Assembly (NCBI GenBank): GCA_048181625.1
Contig: DBEYUK010000016.1
Coordinates: 719 to 64,718 of the forward strand
Length of the DNA stretch: 64,000 nucleotides
Origin: Collinsella sp.
GTDB taxonomy: Bacteria > Actinomycetota > Coriobacteriia > Coriobacteriales > Coriobacteriaceae
Reading direction: 5' to 3'
Both the position numbers and the translations under genes were made by a program. Under the pieces are notes generated by a model that made no database searches, was not told the DNA's origin, and was given only the letters and a program-made list of their open reading frames with translations. Each line of letters begins with the position of its first letter. Position 1 is the first letter of the stretch. Of the stretch, positions 61,363 to 64,000 are shown in pieces.

Positions 61363-62329
61363 GGCCGAGCAAACGATTGCCGTTATTATCCCCTGCTACA
61401 ACGAGGCAGTCACCATCGGAAAAGTCATCGACGACTTTCACCGCGAGCTTCCGCAAGCGACGGTCTATGTCTATGACAACAACTCGTCAGATAGCACCTC
61501 TCACATTGCCGCAGAGCACGGTGCCACGGTACGCTTTGAACCCCGTCAGGGAAAGGGCAACGTGTGCCGTCAGATGTTCCGCGACATCGATGCCGATTGC
61601 TATCTGATGGTCGATGGCGACGACACCTACCCCGCCGAGGCGGCAAAGGCCCTCTGCGAGCCCATCCTCAGCGGCACGGCCGACATGACCGTAGGCGATC
61701 GCCTTTCCAACGGCACCTATGCCGAGGAGAACAAGCGTGCCTTCCACGGCTTTGGCAACAATCTGGTCCGTGCCATGATCAAGTGGATCTATGGCTACAG
61801 CTTCGATGATGTCATGACCGGCTACCGTGCCATGAGCCGCCCGTTCGTTAAAACCTTCCCTGTGCTTTCCGAGGGCTTCCAGATCGAAACCGAGCTCTCG
61901 ATCCACGCCGTCGACCACCGCTGGCGCATCAAGGATGTGCCCATCGAGTACCGCGACCGTCCGGAAGGTTCCGAGTCCAAGCTCAATACCGTAAGCGACG
62001 GCATTAAAGTCGTTGCGATGATTGGCACGCTGTTCAAGGACTACCGCCCTCTGAAGTTCTTCAGCCTCGTCGCGCTTCTGTTTGCGGTGATCGGCCTCGC
62101 CTTGGGCACGCCCATCGTTGTCGAGTATTTCCAGACCGGCCTCGTTCCGCGCTTCCCCACCGCCATGCTCGCCGCGTCGTTTATGTTCCTGTGCGGTCTG
62201 AGCCTTGCGACCGGCTTCATCCTCGATTCCGTGGCAAAGGTCGAAAAAAAGCAGTGGGAGGTCAACGTGTACAGCAAATACGCCTACGATGACCAGCCCA
62301 GCAGGTCCGCCACCACGCCAAGCGAGTGA
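61361..62329 (+). CDS. GT2 glycosyltransferase (polyprenol-phosphate sugar synthase, GtrB/DPM-like)
   Basis: IIPCYNE, YDNNSSD, QGKG, VDGDDTY, DVMTGYR, FQIETE, YRDRPEGSESKL, and two C-terminal TMs. ATG 61361 follows an AAAGGA SD. Confidence 0.92.
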   Translation: MAEQTIAVIIPCYNEAVTIGKVIDDFHRELPQATVYVYDNNSSDSTSHIAAEHGATVRFEPRQGKGNVCRQMFRDIDADCYLMVDGDDTYPAEAAKALCEPILSGTADMTVGDRLSNGTYAEENKRAFHGFGNNLVRAMIKWIYGYSFDDVMTGYRAMSRPFVKTFPVLSEGFQIETELSIHAVDHRWRIKDVPIEYRDRPEGSESKLNTVSDGIKVVAMIGTLFKDYRPLKFFSLVALLFAVIGLALGTPIVVEYFQTGLVPRFPTAMLAASFMFLCGLSLATGFILDSVAKVEKKQWEVNVYSKYAYDDQPSRSATTPSE

Positions 62330-62382
62330 AAGATCTTCCGCAAAATACTATTGGCACCACTGCGCAGATAGCCATCAACAAG

Positions 62383-62412
62383 AAAAGCCGCCGTTAAAGA
62401 ACGGCGGCTTTT
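62383..62412. terminator. Bidirectional terminator
   Basis: AAAAGCCGCCGTT-AAAG-AACGGCGGCTTTT between convergent genes. Confidence 0.85.
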
Positions 62413-62434
62413 ACTCTCGAAAAGTTGATAGCGG

Positions 62435-63889
62435 CTAGAGCGTCTTGAGGTACTCCCCAAGCTCTTCCTCCCAGTCGGGCATGTGGAACCCGACCGACTC
62501 GAGCCTGGAAAGGTCGAGCGCGGAGTGGACCGGGCGCGGGGCGACGGGTCCCTCGGCGCCGCCGTAGTAGTCGGCGGTGCTGACCGGCACGACCTTGTCC
62601 CCGTTGCCGTTGGCGGCCTCGAAGACGGCGCGGGCGATGTCGGCCCAGGACTTCACGGCGCCGGAGCCGGTGCAGTCGTAGGTGCCGTAGGGGGCGTGCG
62701 TCCCCAGCACATGGAAGATGGCCCGCGCCATGTCGCGCGTGAAGGTCAGGCGGCCCAGCTGGTCGTCCACGACGGTGACCTGGTCCAGCTTGTCGTCCGG
62801 GTCGGCGACGCGGTCGGAGAGCGCCTTCATCGTCTTGACGAAGTTGTGCCCCTCGCCGATGACCCAGGAGCTGCGCATGATGTAGTGGCGGGGGCAGCCG
62901 GCCACGGCAATGTCGCCCGCGGCCTTGGTCTGGCCGTAGACGGACAGCGGGCTGAGGGGCTCGTCCTCGGTATGGACCTCGGCCGTGCCGTCGAAGACGT
63001 AGTCGGAGGACACGTGGACGAGCGTGATCCCGTGCTCGGAGCAGGCGCGGGCGAGAAGGGCCGGGCCGGTGGCGTTGGCCTTCCAGGCGATGACGCGCCC
63101 CTCGGGGGTCTCGGCTTTATCCACGGCCGTGTAGGCGCCGCAGTTGATCACGGTGCCGTAGAGCGACCAGTCGTACTGTGCGTAGGCGTCCGGGTCTGAC
63201 ATGTCGAAGGTGTCGATGTCGCAGAAGTCGAAGTCCTTCGCCGCGCCGCGCTCCTCGGCGAGCATGCGGACCGCATGTCCCAGCTGCCCGTTGCAGCCGG
63301 TGACGAGGGTGCGCTTCGGCGCCATGGGGACGACGTCCTTCAGCATCGGGTGGTTGAGGTCAGCCTCGGAGACGGTGGCCTGCTCGAGCGGGATGGGCCA
63401 CTCGATGGCGAGCTCGGGGTCGGCGAGGTTCACGAAGGTGTAGGTCCTCTTCAGCTCGAGGGACCAGTGGGCGTCCACCAGGTAGGTGTAGGCGGTGCCG
63501 TCCTCGAGCGCCTGGAAGGAGTTGCCCACGCCGCGCGGGACGTAGATGGCCCTACTCGGGTCGAGCGTGCAGGTGAACACCTTCCCGTAGGTGGCGCTGC
63601 CCTCGCGCAGGTCCACCCATGCGCCGAATACGCTGCCGCGGGCCACGGAGATGAACTTGTCCCAAGGCTCGGCGTGGATGCCGCGGGTGACGCCGCGGCT
63701 GTCGTTGTAGGAGATGTTGTTCTGGACGACCCTGAGGTCCGGGATGCCCAGGGCGGTCATCTTGGCGCGCTGCCAGTTCTCCTTGAACCAGCCGCGCGAG
63801 TCGCCGTGGACGGCGAGGTCGACGACCTTCAGGCCCCCGATGCCGGTCTCGGCGACGGAGAGGTCCTTCTCGAATGCGATGTCTGCCAT
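62435..63889 (-). CDS. Fused dTDP-4-dehydrorhamnose 3,5-epimerase / reductase (RmlC-RmlD)
   Basis: RmlC part: HGDSRGWFKENW, QNNIS, RGIHAEPWDK, WVDLR, YVPRGVGN. RmlD part: VTGCNGQLG, YTAVDKAE, SSDYVFDG, YGQTK, DDQLGRLT, RPVHSALD. Start at ATG 63889. Confidence 0.93.
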   Translation of the reverse strand: MADIAFEKDLSVAETGIGGLKVVDLAVHGDSRGWFKENWQRAKMTALGIPDLRVVQNNISYNDSRGVTRGIHAEPWDKFISVARGSVFGAWVDLREGSATYGKVFTCTLDPSRAIYVPRGVGNSFQALEDGTAYTYLVDAHWSLELKRTYTFVNLADPELAIEWPIPLEQATVSEADLNHPMLKDVVPMAPKRTLVTGCNGQLGHAVRMLAEERGAAKDFDFCDIDTFDMSDPDAYAQYDWSLYGTVINCGAYTAVDKAETPEGRVIAWKANATGPALLARACSEHGITLVHVSSDYVFDGTAEVHTEDEPLSPLSVYGQTKAAGDIAVAGCPRHYIMRSSWVIGEGHNFVKTMKALSDRVADPDDKLDQVTVVDDQLGRLTFTRDMARAIFHVLGTHAPYGTYDCTGSGAVKSWADIARAVFEAANGNGDKVVPVSTADYYGGAEGPVAPRPVHSALDLSRLESVGFHMPDWEEELGEYLKTL

Positions 63890-64000
63890 ATGGGAAAAGC
63901 TCCTATCGAAGAGGTTCAGGTTGCGGGCGCCCGCGCGGGGACGCAGGGTCATCCCCATGCCCTGCGGCCCCGCGCGGGCGCCTCGCGGTGCGGTTCGCCG

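Overview
This is a high-GC bacterial chromosomal window. Gene content and order suggest a Coriobacteriia actinobacterium (Collinsella-like; inferred, not verified). Most of it is core genome on the minus strand, in coordinate order: proS(partial)-ispG-rseP-dxr-cdsA-uppS-frr-pyrH-tsf-rpsB; xerC-trmFO-dprA-comM-yraN-rnhB-rplS; ppdK-ppsR-glySQ; lepB-trmD-rimM-khpA-rpsP; rsfS-yqeK-nadD-obgE-rpmA-rplU; a radical-SAM gene pair; rodA-mrdA-mreDCB; TPR, PPIase and zinc-ribbon genes; and a P-type ATPase. A complete plus-strand shikimate/Phe/Tyr operon lies between two tRNA-Arg genes. The window ends in a cell-surface polysaccharide locus (wzt, wzm, GT-C-like, GT2, fused rmlC-rmlD). The most interesting accessory signal is an AT-richer HUH/Y1 REP-associated tyrosine transposase (RAYT) with a C-terminal HTH-like tail (27865-28614). 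It is surrounded by a family of ~36-bp GTAG...CTAC repeats. These form a perfect inverted doublet inside a concentric nested palindrome between dinB and the RAYT, two more copies upstream of the RAYT, a second doublet inside the aro operon carrying a compensatory base change, and a decayed solitary copy near ppdK. Other notable observations are an apparent ATA start for xerC, a winged-helix-like insert in RseP, a candidate uORF/terminator attenuator before aroF, phased GGTAAA repeats upstream of ppdK, and a possible second palindromic repeat family.
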